Below are positions 23,620 through 36,204 of a stretch of DNA of 64,000 nt, piece after piece (the stretch's first letter is position 1; each line of letters starts with the position of its first letter). Origin of the DNA: Octopus sinensis (taxonomy: Eukaryota); contig NC_043014.1 of NCBI RefSeq assembly GCF_006345805.1, positions 48,174,001 to 48,238,000 on the forward strand, in the 5' to 3' direction. The position numbers and the translations under genes were made by a program. The notes beneath the pieces are model-generated. The model saw nothing but the letters and a program-made list of their open reading frames with translations. It had not been told where the DNA came from and did not search any database.

Positions 23620-26583
23620 CCTTCTTCCCAGGTGAAGAATGTACCCCACAACATAGACTGGTAGTTAGTGACTTTAGGATCAGGACTAGGAGGACAACCA
23701 GAAGACGACAAATATGGAGAAGAAGGATCTGGAAGCTTAAAGATCCTGCAAATGGACAGAGATTTAGGGACATATTACTTGAAGCCTCTGACGAAGTAGA
23801 AGGGGATAGAGCATCACAGGGGGTAGAAGACAGCTGGACGTTTCTAAGGGACAACCTGCTGAGAGCCACTGACCAGATCTGTGGCTGGTGCAAAGTCCCC
23901 TCTCGACCTAGAATAACGTGGTGGTGGAACAATATTGTAGACAGGGCTATTAGAGAAAAGAGACAGGCTTGGAAGGTCTGGAAAAATGGGGGTAGCAGGG
24001 GATTGTATCAGACTGCCAAAAGAGAAGCTAGGAGACAGGTTTATTTAGCCAGAGGGGAAGCAGATAAGAAAAAATTGCCAATGTTCTGCGCCGTGAGGAC
24101 CAAAGACTGGAGGTGTTTCGTGTTGCAAGACAGTGTGTGAGAGAGAATCGTGAGGTGGTAGGAGAGAAGTGTGTTCGCATGGAAGATGGTTCACTTGCGC
24201 TAAATGAGGATGCAAAGAGAGAGGTTTGGAGATGCCACTATGAAAGGTTGCTGAATGAAGAAAATGAATGGGATAAAGAGAGTCTGCCGAATGTTGACCC
24301 AACAGAGGGACCAGCTATCCGAGTTGATAGTTCCGTGGTAGCTAAGGCAATTAGAAGCATGAAGACAGGGAAAGCCCCAGGCCCATCAGGAATCACTGCA
24401 GAGATGCTCAAAATGTCTGGTAGTGTCGGCTATAGCCTAGTCACCCGTATAGTTAATCAGGTGATACACAAAGGGGTCATACCCAATGACTGGTGTAGCA
24501 GTATAATAGTCAACTGCTACAAAGGTAAAGGTGATGCCCTAGATACAAATAACTACAGAGGTATCAAGCTGTTGGACCAGGTGATGAAGGTTACGGAGAG
24601 GGTCATAGCCCAACTAATTAGAGAGAGAGTTAGTTTAGATGAGATGCAGTTTGGGTTTGTGCCAGGGAAAAGTACTACTGATGCTATATTCCTGGTAAAG
24701 CAGCTGCAGGAGAAATACCTAGCCAAAGATAAGACCCTGTACCTGGCTTTTGTTGACATGGAGAAAGCCTTCGACAGGGTCCCCCGATCCCTTATCTGAT
24801 GGGCAATGAGGAAACTAGGGATAGATGAATGGTTAGTGAGAGCTGTGCGGGCCATGTACAGGGACGCCGCTAGTAGGGTGAGGGTTGGAAATGTGTACAG
24901 TGAAGAATTCCGGGTAGAGGTAGGAGTCCACCAAGGCTCAGTACTCAGCCCCCTCCTATTTATCATAGTCCTCCAGGCAATAACGGAGGAATTCAAGACA
25001 GGATGCCCTTGGGAGCTCCTCTATGCTGATGACCTTGCTCTAATTGCTGAGTCGCTATCAGAACTGGAGGAGAAGTTTCAGGTGTGGAAAAAGGATTAGA
25101 ATCGAAGGGCCTCAGAGTCAATCTAGCTAAAACCAAAGTCGTAATCAGTAGGAAGGTAGACAAATCACAAACACCTTCAGGTAGATGGCCCTGCTCGATC
25201 TGTAGAAAAGGTGTAGGTAGAAACTCTATAAGATGCACCAAGTGTAAGCTATGGACACATAAGAGATGCAGCAATGTCAAAGGAAGGCTAACTAGGAAGA
25301 TGGTTTTTGTATGTGGCAGATGCTCAGGAACAATAAACACTGAAAATGCTCTGAGACCAACTTCCGTCACTTTCCAGGGAGAAAAACTAGAAATAGTTGA
25401 TAGTTTCCGTTACCTAGGTGACCAAGTCAGCAGCGGGGGCGGGTGTGCTGAAAGTGTAACTGCTAGAGTAAGAATAGCTTGGGCAAAGTTCAGAGAGCTC
25501 TTACCTCTGCTGGTGACAAAAGACCTCTCGCACAGAGTGAAAGGCAGACTGTATGATGCGTGTGTACGAACAGCCATGCTTCATGGCAGTGAAACATGGG
25601 CCGTGACTGCTGAGGATATGCGTAAGCTCGCTAGAAATGAAGCCAGTATGCTCCGATGGATGTGTAATGCCGGTACTCACACTCGGCAGAGTGTAAGTAC
25701 CTTGAGAGAAAAGCTGGACCTAAGAAGCATCAGTTGTGGTGTGCAAGAGAGACGTTTGCGCTGGTATGGTCATGTGGCGAGAATGGATGAAGATAGTTGT
25801 GTGAAAAAGTGCCACACCCTAGCGGTTGAGGGAACCTGTGGAAGAGGCAGACCCAGGAAAACCTGGGACGAGGTGGTGAAGCACGACCTTCGAACTTTAG
25901 GTCTCACTGAGGAAATGACTAGAGACCGAGACCTCTGGAAGTGTGCTGTGCGCGAGAAGACCCGGCAGGACAAGTGAGTCCATAACCCGTGGCCTTCTAC
26001 ATGGGATGGAGCCAGCCTACGTATGCATACCTCCCTTCTTGGGACACAAAACTCTACTTGTGAAGACGTGATGAGGCAAGTGAGGATCAGAATCGAAATC
26101 GATCAATGGAAATTGCGGATGTGCTACCAGTGCCGGTGGCATGTCAAAACTCTGCTTGTGAAGACCCGTTGAGGCAAGTGACGATCAGAATCGAAATCGA
26201 TCAATGGAAATCGATCAATGGAAATTGCAGATGTGTTACCAGTGCCGGTGGCATGTAAGAGAACTTTCCGTTTCGCGACCGTTGCCAGCACCGCCCCGTT
26301 TCGTGTCCGTTGCCAGCCTTGCCTGGCCCTCGTGCCGGTGGCACATAAAAAGCACCATCCGTTCGTGGCTGTTTGCCAGCTCTGTCTGGCACCAGTGCGG
26401 GTGGCACGTAAAAAGCACCCACTACACTCACGGAGTGGTTGGCGTTAGGAAGGGCATCCAGCTGTAGAAACACTGCCAGATTTGACTGGGCCTGATGAAG
26501 CCTTCTGGCTTCACAGACCCCAGTAGAACCGTCCAACCCATGCTAGCATGGAAAACGGACGCTAAACGATGATGATGATGATG
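23620..26583 (+). mobile_element. RTE-clade LINE, 5'-truncated and disrupted (endonuclease C-end, reverse transcriptase, 3' UTR, (GAT)n tail), antisense in GPS2 intron 9
   Basis: QHRLVV endonuclease end, WWWN, KAPGPSGI, NYRGIKLL, QFGF, FVDMEKAFDRV, GVHQGSVLSP, YADD, FRYLG, RRLRWYGHV, RGRPRKTW; frameshifts near 24070 and 25090, in-frame TGA at 24797. Confidence 0.95.
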
Positions 26584-26784
26584 AAAACAGCGAATGTATA
26601 TGAAAACAAGGACAGAAAAAATGGAGAAATGGTACACAAACACAAATGCAAATAAAAGACATTAACAACAGGTGTCTTTCGAAGCAAAGCCTTATGGCAG
26701 TGACATGGGAGATGACAGGTATAGGGAGGAATAGAGATGATGCACGGATGGTAGTCAAACCAAGAAAGAAAGGTTAGGCTTGAG

Positions 26785-26978
26785 GGGACAAACAAGGACA
26801 GACACAGGGATTTAAGTCAATTACATCGATCCCAGTGCGTAACTGATACTTAATTTATCGACCCTGAAAGGGTGAAAGGCAAAGTCAACCTTGGCTGAAT
26901 TTGAACTCAGAACGTAACGGCAGACGAAATACGGCTACACATTTCATCTGGCATGCTAATGTTTCTGCCAGCTCGCCT
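26785..26978 (-). mobile_element. SINE family B
   Basis: Core and head motifs reversed. Confidence 0.75.
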
Positions 26979-27101
26979 GAATGACATACCTGATGGAAAA
27001 TTACTTTGAATTATTTTTTTTTTTAGTAGTGCAGCATGTCTGATGGTGAGTGATGCCTCATGTGGCCCACCACTTGAAAATTTTTTCCATGACTGCTTTA
27101 A

Positions 27102-27322
27102 CCCTTTAGTGTTCAGATTATTCTGTTAAACGTAATACTTTTTCACTCAAATTGTTTTGAATTAATCATGCATTATCTTACAACTTTGAGGTTTCAATGA
27201 TGTGATTGTTTATTTTTAGAATGTCAATGTAGGTTAGGTGTGAAAGGCTAGATATGGCTAGTTCAAATATAAAACATGTAGAATATATTGGGCCGGATGT
27301 AGCTGGTTTAAACTCTAAAGGG
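27102..27322. mobile_element. piggyBac-type MITE with TTAA target site
   Basis: TTAA|ccctttag...ctaaaggg|TTAA. Confidence 0.85.
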
Positions 27323-27481
27323 TTAAAGGAGTAGCCTATCTCACTAGGTACCCTTACACAGACAAAAATCTTCAATTAGATTCTTGTGTAGGTCATTTGA
27401 CAGTGAGAGCTGTCATTGAATAGCAGACAATGATAATATACCAAAGAGATGAGGAAGAATAAAAAAAAAAAAGGAACTTAC

Positions 27482-27571
27482 CTGAGTTGTCACTGGTTGG
27501 TAAGAACTGACGGTAGTGTGTTGAGGTTGGGGCTGAGAACCCCGTCCAGAATAGCCAGTGACTATGCTGCC
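27482..27571 (-). CDS. GPS2: GPS2 coding exon 9
   Basis: ttcacag acceptor, gtaagt donor; GSIVTGYSGRGSQPQPQHTTVSSYQPVTTQ; 90 nt, phase 0/0. Confidence 0.8.
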
Positions 27572-27889
27572 CTGTGAAAAGGATAAAAATAAAATAAGGG
27601 TAATTCACCAAATTATCAAACATGTTGTCATTCAATGCAACTATTTATACTGTTGTGCAAACTGAGTTGTACGTGGCATAATTTAATTCAGATTCTCGTT
27701 AGTAAATTTCTACTACTATTCCTCAGCATCTTGGAAAAAAGAGGTCAATTAATGTCACCAAATTGTTAAATAGTAACCAATTTTGTCAGTTCAATTCTCA
27801 GCCCAAGCTGCCCAAAACTCCCTTCTGGTGATGGTGGGAGTTTTTCACAGTGACTGCATATTTACATATTTTTTAATACTGAGGCAAGT

Positions 27890-28374
27890 TAAATCGAAAT
27901 TGAACCAAATTTGATGACTGGCACCTGTGCCAGTGGAGCGCTAACAACTCCATTCGAGCGGGATCACTGCCAGAACAGCTTCTGGCTTCCGTGCCAGTGA
28001 CATGTAAAAGGTACCATTTGAGCGTGATCGTTACCTGCATTGCCTTACTGGCACTTGTGCTGGTGGCACGTGAACAAAACATCTGAGCGAGGTCGTTGCC
28101 AGTGCCGCTGGACTGACTCCTGTGCAGGTAGCATGTAAAAAATACCATTTCGAGCGTGGCCGTTGCCAGTATTGCCAGACTGACCCTTGTGCCGGTGACA
28201 TGTAAAAGCACCCACTACACTCTCTGAGTGGTTGGCATTAGGAAGGGCATCCAGCTGTAGAAACTCTACCAGATCAGATTGGAGCCTTGTGTAGCCATCT
28301 GGTTCGTCAGACCTCAGTCAAATTGTCCAACTGATGCTAGCATAGAAAGCAGACATTAAATGATGATGATGATG
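27890..28374 (+). mobile_element. RTE-LINE 3' UTR-derived repeat
   Basis: Family motifs and (GAT)n tail. Confidence 0.8.
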
Positions 28375-28598
28375 AAGGAAAAATAACAGCACCCTTGATT
28401 CTTTATAGGGTTTTGATGACTGGTGGGAAGAAGGATGGTTTCAATAACAATTTAAAGGGAACTTGAGACAGAGAAAGAAGGGTAAAAGTTATCTTCAGAT
28501 TGGAGATCTGATTTGAATGCTTGAAACAGAGGTGACTTCACCTATTCTGCATGACAGGTATTTTTTGCTTTCGGGTCTATTCTATGGCATCTAGGTAG

Positions 28599-29050
28599 TC
28601 ATCATCATCGTTTAATGTCCACTTTCCATGCTAGCATGGGTTGGACGATTTGACTGAGGTCTGGCAAACCAGATGGCTGCACCAGGCTCCAATCTGATCT
28701 GGCAGAGTTTCTACAGCTGGATGCCCTTCCTAACACCAACCACTCTGAGAGTGTAGTGGGTGCTTTTACATGCCACCAGCATGAGGGCCAGTTAGGTGGA
28801 ACTGGCAACGGCCACGCTCAAATGGTGCTTTTTATGTGCCACCTGCACTGGCAACGACCTCACTTGAATGTTTTTTCAAGTGCCATCAGCACAAGTGCCA
28901 GTAAGGCGACACAGGTAACGATCACACTTGAATGGTGCTTTTTACGTGCCACCGGCATGGAAGCCAGTTTGTTGCTCTGGCAACGATAACACTCAGATGG
29001 TATTCTTAGCACTCCACTAGCACGGATGCCAGTCCTTGAATTTGATTTCG
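28599..29050 (-). mobile_element. RTE-LINE 3' UTR-derived repeat, inverted relative to 27890-28374
   Basis: Family motifs reversed. Confidence 0.8.
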
Positions 29051-29104
29051 AAGATTGGAAAGTGAGATAAATAAATGCATGGTGAAAAGTTCTAACGGAT
29101 TTAC

Positions 29105-29194
29105 CTTTGGCTGTGAATTCTGTTGTATCTGCAGAGGACGGGCCATCAGGGTTTGCTGTTGGCTTGTGATTGGTGTGATTCCTCGTATATGCTG
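29105..29194 (-). CDS. GPS2: GPS2 coding exon 8
   Basis: ttatag(cag) acceptor, gtaaat donor; QHIRGITPITSQQQTLMARPLQIQQNSQPK; 90 nt, phase 0/0. Confidence 0.8.
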
Positions 29195-29529
29195 CTATAA
29201 CAAGAATTAATATAAGAAAATGCACAAACACACACACACACTCACTCACAATAAACAGCAGTTATAATATACATGACGTACATATATTAACAAATTAACA
29301 AGTTAGCAGAACTGTTGTCTTCTGAAGTAATTTATGTTCACTTCAAAGTGTGAAAGATTTTCTGTCAACCACTGAAAGTGAAATTACTTTTGTTCAACTT
29401 CTAAATCATAATGAATCCCTAAAGGATCACAATATTCAGCAGTCTATGAATGGTGAAGGGTCACATTCTTTTATCATAGAAGAGGAGAAAGATTACTAAT
29501 CAGAGTTTTCCACAAGTAGACTCATAGTA

Positions 29530-30163
29530 ATCCTTTCATATTTTAGGACAAGGCCAGCAATTTTATGGGGAGAGGGCAAGTCAAGTACATTGACCCCAGT
29601 ACTCAACTGGTACTTATTTCATTGACCCAGAGAGGATGAAAGGCAAAGCTGACCTTAGTGGAACATGAGCTCAGAACACAGAGACAGATGAAATGCCACT
29701 AAGCATTTTGTCCCGCATGGTAATGAGTCTACTGGCTTGTTGTCTTAAAGTAGATGAATTATAATGGTTTCAAATTTTGGCACAAGGCCAGCAGTTTTGG
29801 AGGAGGGGGTTAAGTCAATTACATCAACTTCAGTGATCAACTGGAATTTATTTTATTGAGCCCAAAGGAAGAAAGGCAAAGTCAACCTTGGTGGAATTTG
29901 AACTCAGAACATATGCAGTGTTTGTATTTTTATTTACTCATATCTTATTTCTTTATTGCCCACAAGGGGCTAAACACGGACAGACAAACGGATTAAGTCA
30001 ATTATATCGACCCCAGTGTGTAACTAGTACTTATTTAATCAACCCCGAAAGGATGAAAGGCAAAGTCAACCTCGGCAGAATTTGAACTCGGAACGTAAAG
30101 ACAGACGAAATACTGCTAAGCATTTCGCCCGGCATGCTAACGATTCTGCCAGCTTGCTGCCTT
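29530..30163 (-). mobile_element. Cluster of three SINE family B copies or fragments
   Basis: Repeated gaccccag...gtacttattt...gaaaggcaaagtcaacct...gaactc motifs. Confidence 0.7.
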
Positions 30164-30266
30164 GTAATTATACACATTAATGAGAAACATTAATGTACTG
30201 TGCTACAAGTAGTTATATGCATAAATTAGAAATAGTTACGAATGTTCTGAGTGCTATATCACTTAC

Positions 30267-30382
30267 CTGTTGAACAGTCTGCATTTTGAATTTCTCATCA
30301 CTAAATCCAGATTTCTGATTGGCATGTTCTAATTGCTGCTGTAGAGGGAGAGCGGAGCTGTGGGCAGTGTTCAGGTAACCAG
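30267..30382 (-). CDS. GPS2: GPS2 coding exon 7
   Basis: tttcag acceptor, gtaagt donor; ALPLQQQLEHANQKSGFSD matches vertebrate GPS2 ALSLQKQMEHANQQTGFSD; phase 1 in, 0 out. Confidence 0.92.
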
Positions 30383-30459
30383 CTGAAAGACACGCAGAAT
30401 TTTGTTTTATATATACACCCACCCACACACACTTATATATATAAATGTGCATGTGTGTT

Positions 30460-30504
<45 letters not shown>

Positions 30505-30564
30505 AATATTAACTTTCTAAATATCTCATAGAGATATGTACGGTGGTGGGGCGATAGAGTGGTT

Positions 30565-30844
30565 GTATACTGTCAACTTAACGTGACAGTAAGGGAATTA
30601 CACCACCGCTGTTTAGCCCTAGGAAGCATCGACGCTTCCTGTTGGCCTCGACACATTTCCTGTGTCCTTATATATTTACGAAGGGGAGACAGCTATTTGC
30701 CTAGCTGTTGGGAGTATTTGTCTCCCCTTCGTAAATATATAAGGACACAGGAAATGTGTCGAGGCCGACAGGAAGCGTCAATGCTTCCTAGGGCTAAACA
30801 GCGGTGGTGTAATTCCCTTACTGTCACGTTAAATTGACAGTATA

Positions 30845-30845
<1 letters not shown>
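30565..30845. repeat. Fold-back inverted repeat (~127 bp arms, 27 nt loop)
   Basis: 30565-30691 pairs with 30719-30845 with about 3 mismatches. Confidence 0.93.
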
Positions 30846-30885
<40 letters not shown>

Positions 30886-31409
30886 CATATATATATACGT
30901 GTGTGTATGCATGTGCATTTACACACACACATAAAAGTTGATGTTTGTTTGTCATGAAACAATGTCACCATTTCGTAATGTGCGTTCCCCAATATTTGCA
31001 TACAGATTGAAAATCATCCCAACGCAACATACAAAAAAACCCCCCAAATCTGGGGTAGGAGATCTACCCCACTCCAGAGCTGCACAAATGAAAGATTCAA
31101 GAAAAGAGATAGTGAAAGATTGATAACTACAATGAAGTGATAAATTCCCCACTTTCTGTCCTCCACCTCCACCCACCACACTTTCTCACCATCTCTCTCT
31201 TAGATGATATGGTATATACTGCAATGCTGGAGTTATAAAAATACCTGATTTACAATGCTGACCTTTGAAAAGTTAGTGTGTAACTTCGAATACCATGAAG
31301 AGTGAAACATAATTCATTCCTTGTTCCATGTTTAAATTTGTTTATAATTATAAAATATTCATTATTTATACTCTACAAATTGAACTGCAAATTTATATAA
31401 TGTCGATCA

Positions 31410-32300
31410 TCCATTCATACATACATTGCATACATATATTCATTATATACATACATAACATACATACATCACATACATACATACATTACATACATACATA
31501 CATCAGATACATACATCACATACATACATACATTATATACATACATACAAACATTAGTACATTACATACATCACATACATACATTACATACATACATCAC
31601 ATACATCATATACATACATCACATACATACATCACATACATACATCACATACATACATCACATACATATATTACATACATACATTACATACATACATACA
31701 TCACATACATACATCACATACATACATTACATACATACATCACACATACATCACATACATACATTACATACATACATCACATACATACATCACATACATA
31801 CATCACATACATACATTACATACATACATACATTACATACATACATTACATACATACATCACATACATACATTATATACATACATACAAACATTAGTACA
31901 TTACATACATCACATACATACATCACATACATTACATTACATACATACATCACATACATACATTACATATACATCACATACATACATCACATACATACAT
32001 TACATACATACATACATCACATACATACATCACATACATACATTACATACATACATACATCACATACATACATCACATACATACATACATCACATACATA
32101 CATCACATACATACATTACATACATACATACATACATCACATACATACATCACATACATACATTACATACATACATTACATACATACATCACATACATAC
32201 ATTACATACATTACATTATATTCATACATACAAACATTAGTACATTACATACATCGCATACATATATTACATGCATGCATTTCATACGTACATTACATAC
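31410..32300. repeat. Long compound (CATA)n/(CATCA)/(CATTA) microsatellite
   Basis: Direct reading; source of the spurious 350-aa ORF. Confidence 0.95.
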
Positions 32301-32389
32301 ACATAATGTTTATCCTTTATGTATCTCAAGTTGACCAGATTGACAGCTTACTCATTGTGGGCTCCAAGATATCTTATTAGGCTAAGACT

Positions 32390-32685
32390 GGTTTAAAATC
32401 TATGGTTACAGTAGAGGCATCTAATAACAGAATCCAGACCCAATGGGTCTCTTGCTTTCCATGTGGTCATCTTATCTTTAGTTTCTCTGATCATTTCTGG
32501 TTCTGAGTGTTGTACTTTAGAGTACACATCACTATGCCACAGTGGATGATCTTGAGCAAGACATTCTAAAGGCGACAGCAAAAGCTCTAAGCTACACTTC
32601 TTCGAGGCTGTCATGAGAGTGTCTTTGTATCTTCTCTTTTGGTCTGACAATTGACCGAGAGTCAACTGCTAGTTCACCAAATAAG
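32390..32685 (-). mobile_element. Degenerate RTE-like LINE 3' fragment
   Basis: LFGEL, KRRYKDTL, W..DV and CLYC zinc-knuckle remnants; related to 53355-53785. Confidence 0.55.
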
Positions 32686-32693
32686 ACTATATG

Positions 32694-32725
<32 letters not shown>

Positions 32726-32727
32726 AT

Positions 32728-33135
32728 AGGCGCAGGAGTGGCTGTGTGGTAAGTAGCTTGCTTACCAACCACATGGTTCCGGGTTTAGTCCCACTGCGTG
32801 GCATCTTGGGCAAGTGTCTTCTACTATAGCCTCGGCCGACCAAAGCCTTGTGAGTGGATTTGGTAGACGGAAACTGAAAGAAGCCCGTCGTATATATGTA
32901 TATATATATATATATGTATGTGTGTGTATGTGTTTGTATGTCTGTGTTTGTCCCCCTAGCATTGCTTGACAACCGATGCTGGTGTGTTTACGTCCCCGTC
33001 ACTTAGTGGTTCGGCAAAAGAGACCGATAGAATAAGTACTGGGCTTACAAAGAATAAGTCCCGGGGTCGATTTCCTCGACTAAAGGCGGTGCTCCAGCAT
33101 GGCCGCAGTCAAATGACTGAAACAAGTAAAAGAGA
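32728..33135 (+). mobile_element. SINE family A, young full-length copy in a (TA)n tract
   Basis: Near-identical to 43237-43610 and 45225-45635. Confidence 0.9.
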
Positions 33136-33561
33136 AATATATATATATATATATATAAAAAATTTTGCAATTAAGGACAACTTAGTTGTCCTTAATTGCA
33201 AAATTTTTATTCCGAAAAAACTTTTCCTCTCCCGAAATGCAATTTTGTAAAAGTTTGCCATTCACCCGGATGTAATATATATAAACTCACCCATGTGCTT
33301 CGTTGATGTTGATCAGTTAGCTGTTCGGCTTAAGCGAGGCAGGGTCGTTGTTTATTTATAATACATTCAGGCCTGCTGATGATTACGTAAGTATGAAATC
33401 ACTGTGATACAGGCCTATATATTTTTAAATGTCTTACTTTGAAAAGTTGCATTCGGTGGGATTAGTAATATTTTTGGTAGAAATGACTGATTGTCCCTCT
33501 TAGCGTTTGGCAGGTATATATAATGCCTCCTGGCATGTATGTATAATTATGCCCTCTATAT

Positions 33562-33626
<65 letters not shown>

Positions 33627-34777
33627 GTTATAAGAGGTAATGGTGTCAATAAGACCGGAAGGTGTCAGATAATGCTTAATAAGTGCTATAGATAGAGCAT
33701 ACTTAAGCTCCAGGTTCTGTGATTATGCGAATAAGGAGTCCAATGTAGGTCATATATCAGCATGTGTATATATCAAAAATCTTTTTTTTCAGAATGAGAT
33801 AAAAAAAAACAAGGTTGTGAAGATTTGAGAATATTTATAAATAGAAGGTCGTACAGCCATAAATTTATAAATATTCTAAAATCTTCACAGGCTTGGTCTT
33901 TTTATCTCAATCTGAAAAAAAAATTTTTATATATATATAGGCAGCATTGAGGATGAATGAAGCCAGCTCAACCCACTCCGGGTGAATGCTGTCTCAAGTC
34001 AAGTCATACACACACACACACACACACACGAGTAGAACTACTTTTATATTTGCAGTATTATATTTGGTGGTTTTATTAGATCCATATGAAGACCAAAGGA
34101 ATAAAAGAGCAGCTGATAAGAGAGAAGGCATAAGGTCATAAAATGCAAGAAGTCAGAGTCAGTCTATGACCACATGGAAAGGGGTGACATAAAAGACAAT
34201 GATGATACACACAAGCAAACATACATAAATATATACACACACTCATCCACACAATATATATTATATTTTTATATTTATATAGTGTGGTACATAGAACACA
34301 CACAACAGTGCCAATCAGAAGGCCTGAAATATATATGACAGCAAAGTATTTGATGAATTTAAAAATGGCAAATTAAATCACTAGAGAGAAGAATGAGAAC
34401 ATTCTCCATATAATAGCTTTGATAATAACTACTTTATTTTTACAATAACTGTATGACCATACATGGGGTATTAAACAATATCACACTGTGTCAGTGTTGA
34501 CTAGAACTAAGGAGATGAGATAAACAATGATCCTTAATGGTTTGACATTTTAAGTAACAACATTTCAAATATCTTTGAGAAGAAAGGGGAACTGGTCAAT
34601 TATATTGAAACCAAACCCCACTCCCTCCAGTGTTCAGCTGGTACTTATTTCATCAACCACAAAAGGATAAAAGGCAAAGTCGACCTCAGTGGAATTTGAA
34701 CTCAGAATGTAAAGACAGAAGAAATACCACCAAGCATTTTGTCTGGTGTGCTAATGATTCTGCCAGTTCACCACTTT

Positions 34778-34956
34778 GATGATGATGATGATAATAATGA
34801 TGATAATATGATAATAATAATGATGATGATGATAATAATAATAATAATGATAATGATGATGATAATAATAATAATAATGATAAGAGTAATAATAATAATA
34901 ATGACAATAATAATAATAATAATAATGATAATAATAATAATAATGATGATGATGAT
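34778..34956. repeat. (AAT)n/(GAT)n trinucleotide microsatellite between SINE B copies
   Basis: Direct reading. Confidence 0.95.
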
Positions 34957-35584
34957 GCTTTCAAATTTTGGCACAAGGCCAATAAGTTCAGGGGAGAGAG
35001 TAAGTCAACTTCATCGACCCCAGTGTCTGACTGGTACTTATTTTATCAACCTTGAAAGGATGAAGGGCAAAGTCAACTCCAGCAGAATTTAAACTCAGAG
35101 TGAAAAAAATGGACGAACTGCTGCTAAGCATTTTGCCTGGCATGCTAATGATTCTACTAGTTCACTGCCTTGATGATGATGATGATGATGATGATAGTAA
35201 TAACAGCAACAACCTGAATGCTTTATAAGAATATGAAACTAAACCTAATACTTGCTTACTATTTTATTTTCTTGACCTTGGAAGGAGAAGTCAACCGTAG
35301 CAGGATTTGAACTCAGAGCATAAAAGGATGTAAGTAAATACAACAAACAATTCTGTCAATCCTATAAGAATGATTATGACGAATTAACACCTCCCCCCCT
35401 CACACACACACACATAATCTATCAAATGAAATAAAGACGCTGGCCACACAATGGGACTTGAAGGATTTCATGTTGTTTAACCAATCAAGTGGACTTATGA
35501 TTAAAACTAATACAAAAATGATGATGATGTGCTGCAGAACATTGTGCCTGGCATGCTAATAATTCTGTCAGCTTGCTGCCTACT

Positions 35585-36005
35585 TCATCATCATCATCAT
35601 CATCATCATCGTAGTTTAACGTCCGCTTTCCATGCTGGCATGGGTTGGACGGTTTGACTGGAGTCTGGGAAGCCAGAAGGCTGCTCCAGGCCCAGTCTGA
35701 TCCTTCAGTGTTTCTACAGCTGGATGCCCTTCCTAACGCCAACCACTCTATGAGTGTAGTGGGTGCTTTTTATGTGCCAGGCGAGGCTGACAATGGCCAC
35801 AATCGGTTGGTTCTTTTTACATGCCACCAGCACAGAACCCAATCGAGGTGGCGCTGGCAATGGCCACGTTTGGATGGTTCTTTTACGTGCCACTGGCACT
35901 GGTATCACAACTACAATTTCCATTGATTTTTGATCGAATTTCGATTTCACTTGCCTCAACAGGTCTTTGCAAGCAGAGTTTTGTATCCCAAGAAGGAAAG
36001 GTATG
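35585..36005 (-). mobile_element. RTE-LINE 3' UTR fragment
   Basis: Similarity extends to 26020-26583, including cttgcctcaacaggtc and cagagttttg. Confidence 0.8.
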
Positions 36006-36204
36006 CTTATAATATATACTTATAATATATATTGACAAGAATATATATTAAAGAACCAAGTGTCTTTGATTAATGTAAAAGAATTGAATATAGGTATTGA
36101 CTGTGTTACAGAAATGCTGCATGCCTGGAAATCTTGTGATTTGGAAAGTGAAATGCATTTTCCACTGACTTCCATGTTTTAGAGATCTCAATAGGAAGTG
36201 GGTT

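Noticed and set aside
23562-23620. N-terminus of the 192-aa ORF as a LINE start
   Set aside because: LINE similarity begins only near 23620; upstream codons come from an unrelated flanking repeat
31328-32380. 350-aa His/Ile/Thr/Tyr ORF
   Set aside because: Translation of a (CATA)n microsatellite that lacks stops by composition
32728-32805. tRNA gene candidates at SINE heads
   Set aside because: A/B-box-like heads continue into SINE bodies and do not form a complete cloverleaf
34686-35092. Poly-Ile/Leu/Met ORFs (also 42501-42795, 3044-3474, 49569-49816)
   Set aside because: Simple-repeat translations
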